This document shows, piece after piece, positions 52,896 to 61,126 of a stretch of DNA of 64,000 nt; positions within the stretch are counted from its first letter, which is position 1, and each line of letters starts with the position of its first letter. Source of the DNA: a virus (lineage: Duplodnaviria > Heunggongvirae > Uroviricota > Caudoviricetes); the IMG/VR virus record IMGVR_UViG_3300019376_000001. One strand, given 5' to 3'. The notes under the pieces were generated by a model. The model was given only the letters and a program-made list of their open reading frames with translations. It did no database searches and was not told the origin of the DNA. The position numbers and the translations under genes were made by a program.

Positions 52896-54005
52896 ATGGC
52901 TTTAGATAGAAATAACTTAGTACAGTTGATGAAAACTGTAGCAAAAGCTGACCCTTCCGCTCCTGTTTCTTACAGCTTTAATGGCGAGAATTTCAGCTAT
53001 GATGCCCTGAACGAATGCCTTCGTCAGGAGCTTAATGAATATGCTGGTACATATTCACTTTATAGAGAGAACAAGAATTTAATCTTCTCTATTATCGAAG
53101 AGACTTTGGATGAAGTCCTTCCTAAGAAGGTTGAGCAGGCTTATATGCAGTTTGCTGAAACCAAGACCTTTGCACAGGGCGACAAGCCTATGTTCAAGCG
53201 CAAGAGAGATGCACGTCAGCGTGCTAAGCAGTTCGTAACTCGTGTTGGTCTTACTGGTATTTACGAAGTATTCAAGCTTGGTAAGTCCGAAGACGAGAGC
53301 TTCGAAGTTCGTACATCTGCTATCGGTGGAGCAGCTCAGATTGGATTTGAGGAGTTCCTTGATGGTCGTGTAGACTTCGCTGAAGTTACTGCTATTATCA
53401 TGGAGGGTATGGACGAACTCGTATTCAAAGAGGTTGGTCATGCTCTTAAGGCTTCCGTTAACCAGTTGCCACCTGCAAATATTGTAGTTGCTAATGGTTT
53501 CGACGAGAAGGAATTCGATAGACTCCTTGTTATTGCTTCCGCTTATGGTGAGCCTTCTATTTACTGTACTTACGAGTTCGCAGTTAAGATGGTTCCTACT
53601 GAGGGTTGGAGATATACTGAGGCTATGAAGCAACAGTTGTGGGATACTGGTCACCTTGCAACTTACAAGGGACGTAAGGTTATTATCCTTCCTCAGGGTC
53701 TTGAAGATGAGACCAATACTCGCAAGGTAATCGATCCTGGTTACTGCTACATCATCCCAGCTGGTGCTGATAGCAAGCCTGTTAAGATTGCATTCGAGGG
53801 CGGCACAATCGTTGATGAATATGTTAACGCTGATAGAAGCCGTGAGATCCAGGTATACAAGAAGGTTGGCGTAACTGCTATGTTGGCTAACAACATCTGC
53901 GCTTATGCTGATACAAGCTTGATGGGTCAGATGAATATTAAGGGTTCTACTTGGGATAGCTCTTTCTTCGTAAATGAAGTTGCTGCTTATCACAAGGGTG
54001 AATAA
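52896..54005 (+). CDS. Major capsid protein
   Basis: 369 aa, strongly biased codons, expected position, followed by a terminator. Confidence 0.85.
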   Translation: MALDRNNLVQLMKTVAKADPSAPVSYSFNGENFSYDALNECLRQELNEYAGTYSLYRENKNLIFSIIEETLDEVLPKKVEQAYMQFAETKTFAQGDKPMFKRKRDARQRAKQFVTRVGLTGIYEVFKLGKSEDESFEVRTSAIGGAAQIGFEEFLDGRVDFAEVTAIIMEGMDELVFKEVGHALKASVNQLPPANIVVANGFDEKEFDRLLVIASAYGEPSIYCTYEFAVKMVPTEGWRYTEAMKQQLWDTGHLATYKGRKVIILPQGLEDETNTRKVIDPGYCYIIPAGADSKPVKIAFEGGTIVDEYVNADRSREIQVYKKVGVTAMLANNICAYADTSLMGQMNIKGSTWDSSFFVNEVAAYHKGE

Positions 54006-54041
54006 TTCTTGGTTTAACCTAATATAATATAGAAATAGATT

Positions 54042-54081
54042 AGAGGGGGAAATGGGGAAATCCCCACTTCCCCCTTTTTTC
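54042..54081 (+). terminator. Intrinsic terminator after the MCP gene
   Basis: AGGGGGAAATGGGG-AAAT-CCCCACTTCCCCCT-TTTTT. Confidence 0.88.
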
Positions 54082-54110
54082 ACTTTATGAGAAAAAGGAG
54101 ATTAAATTTT

Positions 54111-54692
54111 ATGGAAAAGACTATTACTATTAAGAATAGAAGTGCCGGTCAGGTAACTTATATGATTCCTGAAGATGGCATTCGTCGTTCTTTTGCACCA
54201 GGTGAAGCAAAGAAAATTACTCAGGAAGAACTTGAGCATTTGACTTTCCAACCAGGTGGAAAAGAAATTCTTGCAGGTTTCTTGCAGATTATTGAAGAAG
54301 AAGGTAGACAGATTGCAGGCCTTCAAGTAGAGCCTGAATATAACATGAGCGAAGCTGATGTTGTTAGATTGATTCAGACAGGTTCTCTTGATGAATTTCT
54401 TGATTGTTTGGATTTTGCGCCAGTTGGTGTTATCGATTTAATTAAGAAGCTTTCTATTAGCGTTCCTCTTTATGATATGCAGAAGAGAGTAGCTTTGAAG
54501 AAAAAGACTGGCTTCGATGTTGATGCCGCTTTGAAAAACATTGCTGCTGAGAAAGAAGACGAAGATGGAACAATCTTAAAGCAGGCTGCTCCTGAGCGTC
54601 GTGTGAAGAAAGATGAGGTTCCAGCAGGTCGCAGAACTACTCCAAAGTACAATGTGGTAACACCTAAGGTTGAGGAGAAGTCTGCTGAGTAA
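54111..54692 (+). CDS. Virion morphogenesis protein, unknown function
   Basis: MEKTITIKNRS..., with an AGGAG RBS. Confidence 0.7.
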   Translation: MEKTITIKNRSAGQVTYMIPEDGIRRSFAPGEAKKITQEELEHLTFQPGGKEILAGFLQIIEEEGRQIAGLQVEPEYNMSEADVVRLIQTGSLDEFLDCLDFAPVGVIDLIKKLSISVPLYDMQKRVALKKKTGFDVDAALKNIAAEKEDEDGTILKQAAPERRVKKDEVPAGRRTTPKYNVVTPKVEEKSAE

Positions 54693-54713
54693 TTGTAGAT
54701 AGGAGGATTTAGT

Positions 54714-55310
54714 ATGGCTGAAACAAATCAGACACAATTCTCAGCTATCTATAATCGCTTTCTTGGAAAAATTACTGATGATATGTACATGGAACTGACA
54801 CCAGAAGACACCTTGAAAGATTTGCAAAGTCTTTTGTTAGATGCGATTCCTGGCTTTGAGTTTCCACGAGTTGTGCTTGATGGAAACTACACTATCGAAA
54901 CCGTTGTCCTCCCTGAGAACGAAGTATTGCCAGGTGATTTCATTATTGGTGTTATTTGGAATGAACTTCCAGAAGATGCTGGTATTCAGACTCCAGATGT
55001 AATTGTTGAAAAATCCCATTTCAACACTGAATTAACTTCCGAAGAAATCAACATTCTTGCGCTCTTGATGAAACAAGGTTGGGTTCAACGTCAAGTAGCA
55101 TCCATTGAGAACACTCGTATGAAATACAGTGGCTCAGACTTTAAGTTTACTTCACAGGCTAATCATTTGGCGAAGTTGTTAAACTTATTGGAAGAAGCTC
55201 GTAGAGATTCTTTCCATATGCAACGCTTATATAAGCGTAGAAAGGTCGACGCAGATGGTCGAATTAGTTCGAACTGGTCTGTGTTAATGGAAACAAGTGC
55301 TCTTAAATAA
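54714..55310 (+). CDS. Putative head-tail adaptor
   Basis: Position; TQFSAIYNRFLGKITD and DFKFTSQANHL motifs. Confidence 0.6.
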   Translation: MAETNQTQFSAIYNRFLGKITDDMYMELTPEDTLKDLQSLLLDAIPGFEFPRVVLDGNYTIETVVLPENEVLPGDFIIGVIWNELPEDAGIQTPDVIVEKSHFNTELTSEEINILALLMKQGWVQRQVASIENTRMKYSGSDFKFTSQANHLAKLLNLLEEARRDSFHMQRLYKRRKVDADGRISSNWSVLMETSALK

Positions 55311-55602
55311 ATATAATATTGATTTCAGTCAGGAAGATTTAGTTAAAAATGTTCAACGTTTAACCAACCAATTATGGAAATTAATTCCGATGCGTGAACA
55401 TGAAGAGGATTGGCAAAAACAATTGGATACTGTAATATTAGAAGTAGTAGGACTTAATGAGATTTTCATTGGTCCTATTTTTCTACAAATGCTTAGTAAA
55501 TTAGAAGGATTGCGTGTACAAGAAACCACTTTTGAACTATACCGCAAAACTATTTTTGAATGCATTAGTATTTTGCAGGAGTTAAGCCATGTCAAGTTAT
55601 GA
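55297..55602 (+). CDS. Hypothetical neck-region protein
   Basis: 101-aa ORF overlapping both neighbours. Confidence 0.65.
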   Translation: MLLNKYNIDFSQEDLVKNVQRLTNQLWKLIPMREHEEDWQKQLDTVILEVVGLNEIFIGPIFLQMLSKLEGLRVQETTFELYRKTIFECISILQELSHVKL

Positions 55603-56722
55603 CGATAAGAAACGCAATACTTCTTTAAATTTGATGGCTGGCCGCCTTGGCGTTTTTAACCTGGGTGACAAAAAACCAATTCCCGTTGAGGGAGACGGTA
55701 AGGCTGAGGAAACTTCTCTTGAAGGCTTCCAACATCAATCTACACTATTGAGATACAATGGTGGTCATGCGCAACATGACAGAATGGTCTTTGATAAAAG
55801 ACGTTCTTTAGATAGAGCATTACTGTATTCATATCAAGCCGCAACAGTTAAAAAAGTTAGTGGAAAAGAAAGCGAAGATGGATTCGTAGAGAATTCAGCA
55901 AGCAAAAGAAAAGTTCGAGCTTTGATTAACCCAAATAAATTAAAGCAAGACTATGATGATAAAATTATTTCCATTCCATACGAAGAGGGCTTCGGATGTG
56001 GAGACGTTTTTGAGTGGGAAGGAACACAAACACATTGGTTAATTTATCTACAAGACCTTACTGAACTTGCCTATTTCAGAGGGGATATTAGAAAATGTAC
56101 GTTGAGTATTCAATGGTTAGACGATGGCGTTGTTCACAACACCTTTGCCGCAATCCGAGGTCCAGTAGAAACAAAAGTTAACTATATTCAGAAACATGGT
56201 ATTAGTGTAGACGAACCTAACCACAGTCTGAATATTTTAATGCCTAAGACACCAGAATCTTTGAAATATTTTCAGAGATATTCTAAATTCTATTTATCAA
56301 GAAGTATGGAAGAAGAGCCTAATATTTGTTGGCGAGTTGAAGCCACAGACTGGATTTCTACTCCTGGTATTTTAGAAATTACAGCTGTTGAGTATTATGC
56401 CAACGATGATGAAGATGACTTAGAGAAAGGAATTGCGGGCGGCCTCGTTGTTGTACCGGAGAGTCCAAACCCTGAGCACATTGACACATTGATTAAAGGT
56501 GACGTATTTATTAAGCCAAGAATTGCTTATGAGTATAGATGGATTGGTCCTAATAATGGCAACCTTTGGAAAGTTGATTCTAAATATCCTGTAACCATTG
56601 AGGTTGATAGAAATAGCACAGGTGTTTGTCTTGTTAAGTGGAATAGCTCTTATAGTGGTGAATTTGAGCTGTCTTATGGTAATTATTATACAAAGAAGAT
56701 TGTTGTTCAGTCTTTGTTTTAA
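55589..56722 (+). CDS. Putative head-closure/neck protein with C-terminal Ig-like region
   Basis: Position; beta-rich; GDVFEWEGTQTHWLIY. Confidence 0.6.
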   Translation: MSSYDDKKRNTSLNLMAGRLGVFNLGDKKPIPVEGDGKAEETSLEGFQHQSTLLRYNGGHAQHDRMVFDKRRSLDRALLYSYQAATVKKVSGKESEDGFVENSASKRKVRALINPNKLKQDYDDKIISIPYEEGFGCGDVFEWEGTQTHWLIYLQDLTELAYFRGDIRKCTLSIQWLDDGVVHNTFAAIRGPVETKVNYIQKHGISVDEPNHSLNILMPKTPESLKYFQRYSKFYLSRSMEEEPNICWRVEATDWISTPGILEITAVEYYANDDEDDLEKGIAGGLVVVPESPNPEHIDTLIKGDVFIKPRIAYEYRWIGPNNGNLWKVDSKYPVTIEVDRNSTGVCLVKWNSSYSGEFELSYGNYYTKKIVVQSLF

Positions 56723-56749
56723 ATAGAGAGTTAAAGGAGTTTAAGAGAT

Positions 56750-57349
56750 ATGAAAGTTGAAAGATATAAAGCCCCAAAATCAAGTTTCTTATCTGTTGAA
56801 AAAGACCTTAGCATTATCGTAAAAGAAATGTTTAAGTCCCCTCGCCTTCAGAAGCTTCTGCATTATGAAGTTTCAGATGCTTTAAAAAGAGATAATTTAA
56901 GCGAGGAAGATAAGTTAGCTTTATTTGGTAAGAACATTAAAATCGTTCCGAAATTAAGTGTTGATGGAAAATGTCTTAATTATGTAATTATTAGTTTTGA
57001 TAATTTTACACCAAATGACTCTAATCCGGAATTCAGAGATAATATTATTGAATTTGATGTTATTTGTCACTTTGACCAGTGGCCAATGCGTGATTTCCAG
57101 TTGCGTCCATATCGTATTGCAGCTGAATTAGATTCTTTGTTTGATGGAACTCATCTTACTGGAATCGGCACTTTGCAGTTTGTAGGAGCTAATCAAATTA
57201 TTCTAACAGATGAATTTGCTGGTTTATGTTTAATGTATCAGGCAGTTCATGGTGAAGAGGATAAGAATAGTTATACTCCAGTAGAAGAGGACCAAATCCA
57301 CTTTAAACAACTGTTAGAAGAAATTGCGGCCGAGGCTATTGAGGAGTAA
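56750..57349 (+). CDS. Putative tail terminator/completion protein
   Basis: Position upstream of the tail tube; IEFDVICHFDQW...RPYRIA. Confidence 0.55.
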   Translation: MKVERYKAPKSSFLSVEKDLSIIVKEMFKSPRLQKLLHYEVSDALKRDNLSEEDKLALFGKNIKIVPKLSVDGKCLNYVIISFDNFTPNDSNPEFRDNIIEFDVICHFDQWPMRDFQLRPYRIAAELDSLFDGTHLTGIGTLQFVGANQIILTDEFAGLCLMYQAVHGEEDKNSYTPVEEDQIHFKQLLEEIAAEAIEE

Positions 57350-58074
57350 TGGATGTAAGACTTGCTTTAATGGCGGGTTCTGATATTCCTATTCCAGAGT
57401 GTCAACTTACTCTTCACCAACCCTCCATTAAAGAGATTTCCTTCTTGGGGGAAGATGATTTTTTCATTGGGGTCCAATGCTTATGCTTACATAAGAGTAT
57501 GTTCGTAGAGGACAAAGATGCTCTATCTGATATAAATAATTTTCAAATATTTATGACGATGATGATGGATAAAAGTACGGCAGATAAAAAAGTCTGCGTT
57601 CAACAGTTGTTAACTTTACTTTTTCCTAAATATAAAGTTCTAATGACTCCACGTTCCATACTTTTTCAAAGCGAAGGCGGCTCTCAAATGGTAGACGATT
57701 CCAATTTTGAAGCACTTCAAAATGTTTTGAGAATGGTCTTTTGCGCCAACACTGGCCCTATGGACCAGCAAGCATTCAATCCGGCAAATGATAAGGCTCG
57801 AGAGATAGCGCAAAAGCTTATGAGAGGTCGTCAAAGGGTTGCCGCACAAAAAGATGGTGGCAATCAAAGCTCGTTTAGTAGATATCTTTCAGTTTTGACT
57901 ATTGGTTTAAACTCCATGTCATTGCAAGATTTAACGAATTGTACAATGTTCCAGTTGTATGATTTATTAGAAAGATATATGCTATATATCAATTGGGATA
58001 TCAACATCCGCACTCGTCTTGCGGGTGGTAAGCCAGATTCCCAACCTGAAGATTGGATGAAAAATATCCATTAA
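57349..58074 (+). CDS. Hypothetical tail-region protein
   Basis: 241-aa ORF coupled to the upstream gene. Confidence 0.7.
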   Translation: MDVRLALMAGSDIPIPECQLTLHQPSIKEISFLGEDDFFIGVQCLCLHKSMFVEDKDALSDINNFQIFMTMMMDKSTADKKVCVQQLLTLLFPKYKVLMTPRSILFQSEGGSQMVDDSNFEALQNVLRMVFCANTGPMDQQAFNPANDKAREIAQKLMRGRQRVAAQKDGGNQSSFSRYLSVLTIGLNSMSLQDLTNCTMFQLYDLLERYMLYINWDINIRTRLAGGKPDSQPEDWMKNIH

Positions 58075-58097
58075 ATAAATAAGGAGGAATATGCACT

Positions 58098-59057
58098 ATG
58101 AAATTTGGTGTTCGTGAGATTTGCGACGTTGTTTTAAAGGCTAAAGCAGCGCAGAAGATTGGTAATAAAATGTTCTATGCTAACGAACCTGTAATTTATT
58201 TCGATACCCTTAAGACTTCAAGCATGGAAGGTGCAGCAACAACTGTTTATGCACAGGGTGGTCGTGGTAACTCCCGTTTGGTAGCATGGGAAGGTGAAAG
58301 AACTGTTACTTTCACTATGGAAGACGCTTTAATTTCTCCAGAAGGCTTTATGATTCTTTCTGGTGCCGGATTGGTTGAAGCTTCTACTGATAAGCCTATT
58401 TATCAGCATATGACTGAGACTATCGATGCTAAGGATGTTACTTTGGCAGAAGATGGTGGCAATATTGTTGTTAAGTTGTCTGAGATTCCTTACTTACCAG
58501 CAGACAATGCTGATAACTTTGCATATGTAATGTTCATGAAAGATGGCGAAATCATCTCTGAGCCTTACATTCCTGTTCATGATGGCAATACCAACAATGT
58601 TAAGCAGTTGACTGTTCAGACTGTGGATGACCTTCACGGCGAGGCTGGTGACCATGCTTATACTTTAGGTACTGTTCCTAACAAGAACCAGTTCGATAGC
58701 GTATTGGTTGACTACTATGTAGCTCGTACCGGTGGCGCACAGCAGATTGAAATTACAGCTGATAAGTTCGGTGGTAACTACTACCTCGAAGCTGCTACAT
58801 TGTTCCGTGACCAGAGCGGTGTTGACATGCCTGCAGAATTTATCATTCCTAACTGCAAGATTCAGTCTAACTTCACATTCACTATGGCTTCAAGCGGAGA
58901 CCCAAGTACATTTACTTTCACTATGGATGCGTTCCCTGATTATACCAGATTCGACCGTTCCAAGAAAGTTCTTGCTGCTATCCAGGTAATCCGTGACCTC
59001 GGAGAGGTTTCTGATGACCATCGTCTTGAGACTCAGTTTGCCGCTATTAACGGCTAA
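58098..59057 (+). CDS. Major tail (tube) protein
   Basis: Highly biased codons; VYAQGGRGN...FTMEDAL...FTFTMDA; followed by a terminator. Confidence 0.8.
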   Translation: MKFGVREICDVVLKAKAAQKIGNKMFYANEPVIYFDTLKTSSMEGAATTVYAQGGRGNSRLVAWEGERTVTFTMEDALISPEGFMILSGAGLVEASTDKPIYQHMTETIDAKDVTLAEDGGNIVVKLSEIPYLPADNADNFAYVMFMKDGEIISEPYIPVHDGNTNNVKQLTVQTVDDLHGEAGDHAYTLGTVPNKNQFDSVLVDYYVARTGGAQQIEITADKFGGNYYLEAATLFRDQSGVDMPAEFIIPNCKIQSNFTFTMASSGDPSTFTFTMDAFPDYTRFDRSKKVLAAIQVIRDLGEVSDDHRLETQFAAING

Positions 59058-59076
59058 TTGATACATAAGAATTTTT

Positions 59077-59106
59077 AGGGAGAGGTAGAAATACCTCTCC
59101 CTTTTT
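59077..59106 (+). terminator. Intrinsic terminator
   Basis: AGGGAGAGGTA-GAAA-TACCTCTCCCT-TTTT. Confidence 0.9.
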
Positions 59107-59132
59107 GTTATTTGTGAAAAAGGAGGAGTGTA

Positions 59133-60413
59133 ATGTCTTTATTTAGAAATATTATGTATGCAAATGCTCCAATCTTAAAAAAACAGACTGAATTTTTTGG
59201 AGAATATTCCTATTTAAATCGTTTTAGTGATATCCCAGATGCAAATGCAATACATGATTATCAATTAAAGAAGTTGATGGATTTCCAAGCTTCTGCTATT
59301 AAAGAAGAAAGTAAAACCAGACAATTAAATTGGTTTTTAATGTATAATGGAAATCTTAGTACCAGTTCGGAACCTTATGACCAAATTGTTTATAATAGTG
59401 TTAACGAACTTTTTCAGCGAGTTAATATTTTAATTGGGTCTGGTGTAATGAGTCAAGAATCTCGTGGTAATATTGCTCAAAATGAACAATTAGCAGCAAA
59501 AATTGTAACTCAACTTCAAGGACTTGGTAAAGAATTAAATAAATTGCGCAAACAAGCTAATATGACTATTAGTAGTACGTATATTGACCAATTAGATGCT
59601 CTTATCAAGCAATTGCCACAAGGAAATTTGGATACTGTATTAAGAACTTTGTACCATCTTAAAGGCGATATTTTAGAAGAAGTTGGTGTAGAATGGTTAA
59701 ATAAAAGAATGCCAACTAATATGAGAGTAAATACCAGAGCCTATTCTACTGGCGCAATTAGAGGTCGTGGTGGCCAGATGATTCAAGATATTTTAGTTAT
59801 GGACATGGATAAAGTGAATATTAAATCAGATGTGGAAATTGATTTTACATTAGATGGGAAACCTTATTCCATGCCAATTAAAGATTTTCTCCACATGATT
59901 GAAAAATATAGCGGGCATAAACAAATATCTATTAGTAGTGAAGCAGAAGACATTTTAACAGAAGTTAGTGTCATGGGCATCCAGGCAAAGTCTGGTTATA
60001 ATCAGCTCCCTTGGAATGTCAGCTCAAAGAACACTCATGTTTCTATCGGAGAAGCTCAAAGTGCAGGAGATTCCAGAGTAAGTCGATATATTGATTTTTT
60101 AAATGGTGTACAAGGACTTTATAGGTCCTGGGACGCTGCAGAAAAAAATATTAAAAAACAAACCCAAGAGTACACTGCAATGGCAAATTATTGCTTGGCA
60201 ACTCAATTAAGTAAAGTATTACATTTGTCTCAATTGGGGAATCAATATGTTTTAACTCCAAATGGTTTTATGCCTTTTGTGACTCGTATTATTGAATTAT
60301 ATGAAAAAGCGGGAAGTGGCAAATATTTTTTCTCATTTAAAGGTAGAATCCAAATGGAAAAACAGGGCGATATTGTTACAAAGTCGCGCCCAGTTACGAT
60401 ATCAGGATATTAA
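59133..60413 (+). CDS. Hypothetical protein with possible PD-(D/E)xK (QxK-type) nuclease motifs
   Basis: KGDILEE...IQDILVMD...GIQAKS; AT-rich; between a terminator and a new promoter. Confidence 0.5.
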   Translation: MSLFRNIMYANAPILKKQTEFFGEYSYLNRFSDIPDANAIHDYQLKKLMDFQASAIKEESKTRQLNWFLMYNGNLSTSSEPYDQIVYNSVNELFQRVNILIGSGVMSQESRGNIAQNEQLAAKIVTQLQGLGKELNKLRKQANMTISSTYIDQLDALIKQLPQGNLDTVLRTLYHLKGDILEEVGVEWLNKRMPTNMRVNTRAYSTGAIRGRGGQMIQDILVMDMDKVNIKSDVEIDFTLDGKPYSMPIKDFLHMIEKYSGHKQISISSEAEDILTEVSVMGIQAKSGYNQLPWNVSSKNTHVSIGEAQSAGDSRVSRYIDFLNGVQGLYRSWDAAEKNIKKQTQEYTAMANYCLATQLSKVLHLSQLGNQYVLTPNGFMPFVTRIIELYEKAGSGKYFFSFKGRIQMEKQGDIVTKSRPVTISGY

Positions 60414-60415
60414 AC

Positions 60416-60444
60416 TTGACAAAAGAAAAATTTTCTGGTATAAT
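60416..60444 (+). promoter_or_regulatory. Internal promoter for the chaperone and tape measure genes
   Basis: TTGACA-N17-TATAAT; shares AAAATTTTCTGGTATAAT with 44095-44123. Confidence 0.8.
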
Positions 60445-60475
60445 ATTTATAAAGAGAGTTAAGGGAGGCTATATT

Positions 60476-61000
60476 ATGGCGAAAGTTAGTTTTAATAAAA
60501 TGGCTTTAAAAGTAAATACTGAAACTTGCAATTTTGCTTTTAAAGATATGGAAATTGAAGTTAAACAGTATCTTCCAGTTAATGAAAAATTAGAGTTAAT
60601 TAGTTCTGTTATTAATAATAGTACTGATGATATGAATTTTTATAATGTTGGCAAGCTTGAAATTTTCTTAACTTTGGAGATAATGTATCATTATACAAAT
60701 ATTAATTTTACAGACACTCAAAAGAAAGACGTTTGTAAATTATACGATACAATCGTATCTTCTGGTTTATATCAAGAAGTGATTGAAAGACTTCCTAAAG
60801 GAGAATATGATTATTTAAAGAATACTTTGATGGATACTGTGCAAAGTATTTATACATATCATAATTCTATTATGGGTATCTTGGAAAGAGTTTCTGCAGA
60901 TTATTCTAATTTGAGTTTGGAAGCTTCTGAAATTCAAAAGAATTTAGCAGACCCTGATAATATGACCTTATTAAAGGATGTTTTAACCAAATTAGGCTAA
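60476..61000 (+). CDS. Putative tail assembly chaperone
   Basis: MAKVSFNKMAL..., with a GGGAGG RBS; directly upstream of the tape measure gene. Confidence 0.6.
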   Translation: MAKVSFNKMALKVNTETCNFAFKDMEIEVKQYLPVNEKLELISSVINNSTDDMNFYNVGKLEIFLTLEIMYHYTNINFTDTQKKDVCKLYDTIVSSGLYQEVIERLPKGEYDYLKNTLMDTVQSIYTYHNSIMGILERVSADYSNLSLEASEIQKNLADPDNMTLLKDVLTKLG

Positions 61001-61035
61001 TCCTATTATTATGAGTTTTAAAGATAAATAGGAGT

Positions 61036-61081
61036 AATGGTGGTGGAGTATATTTCCTAATACTCCACCACCATTTTTTTT
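61036..61081 (+). terminator. Long hairpin/terminator before the tape measure gene
   Basis: AATGGTGGTGGAGTA/TACTCCACCACCATT 15-bp stem followed by a T-tract. Confidence 0.8.
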
Positions 61082-61126
61082 ATTTGCAAATAAAAAAAAT
61101 AAGGAGAGAAAGGAGCAAATAAAGAC

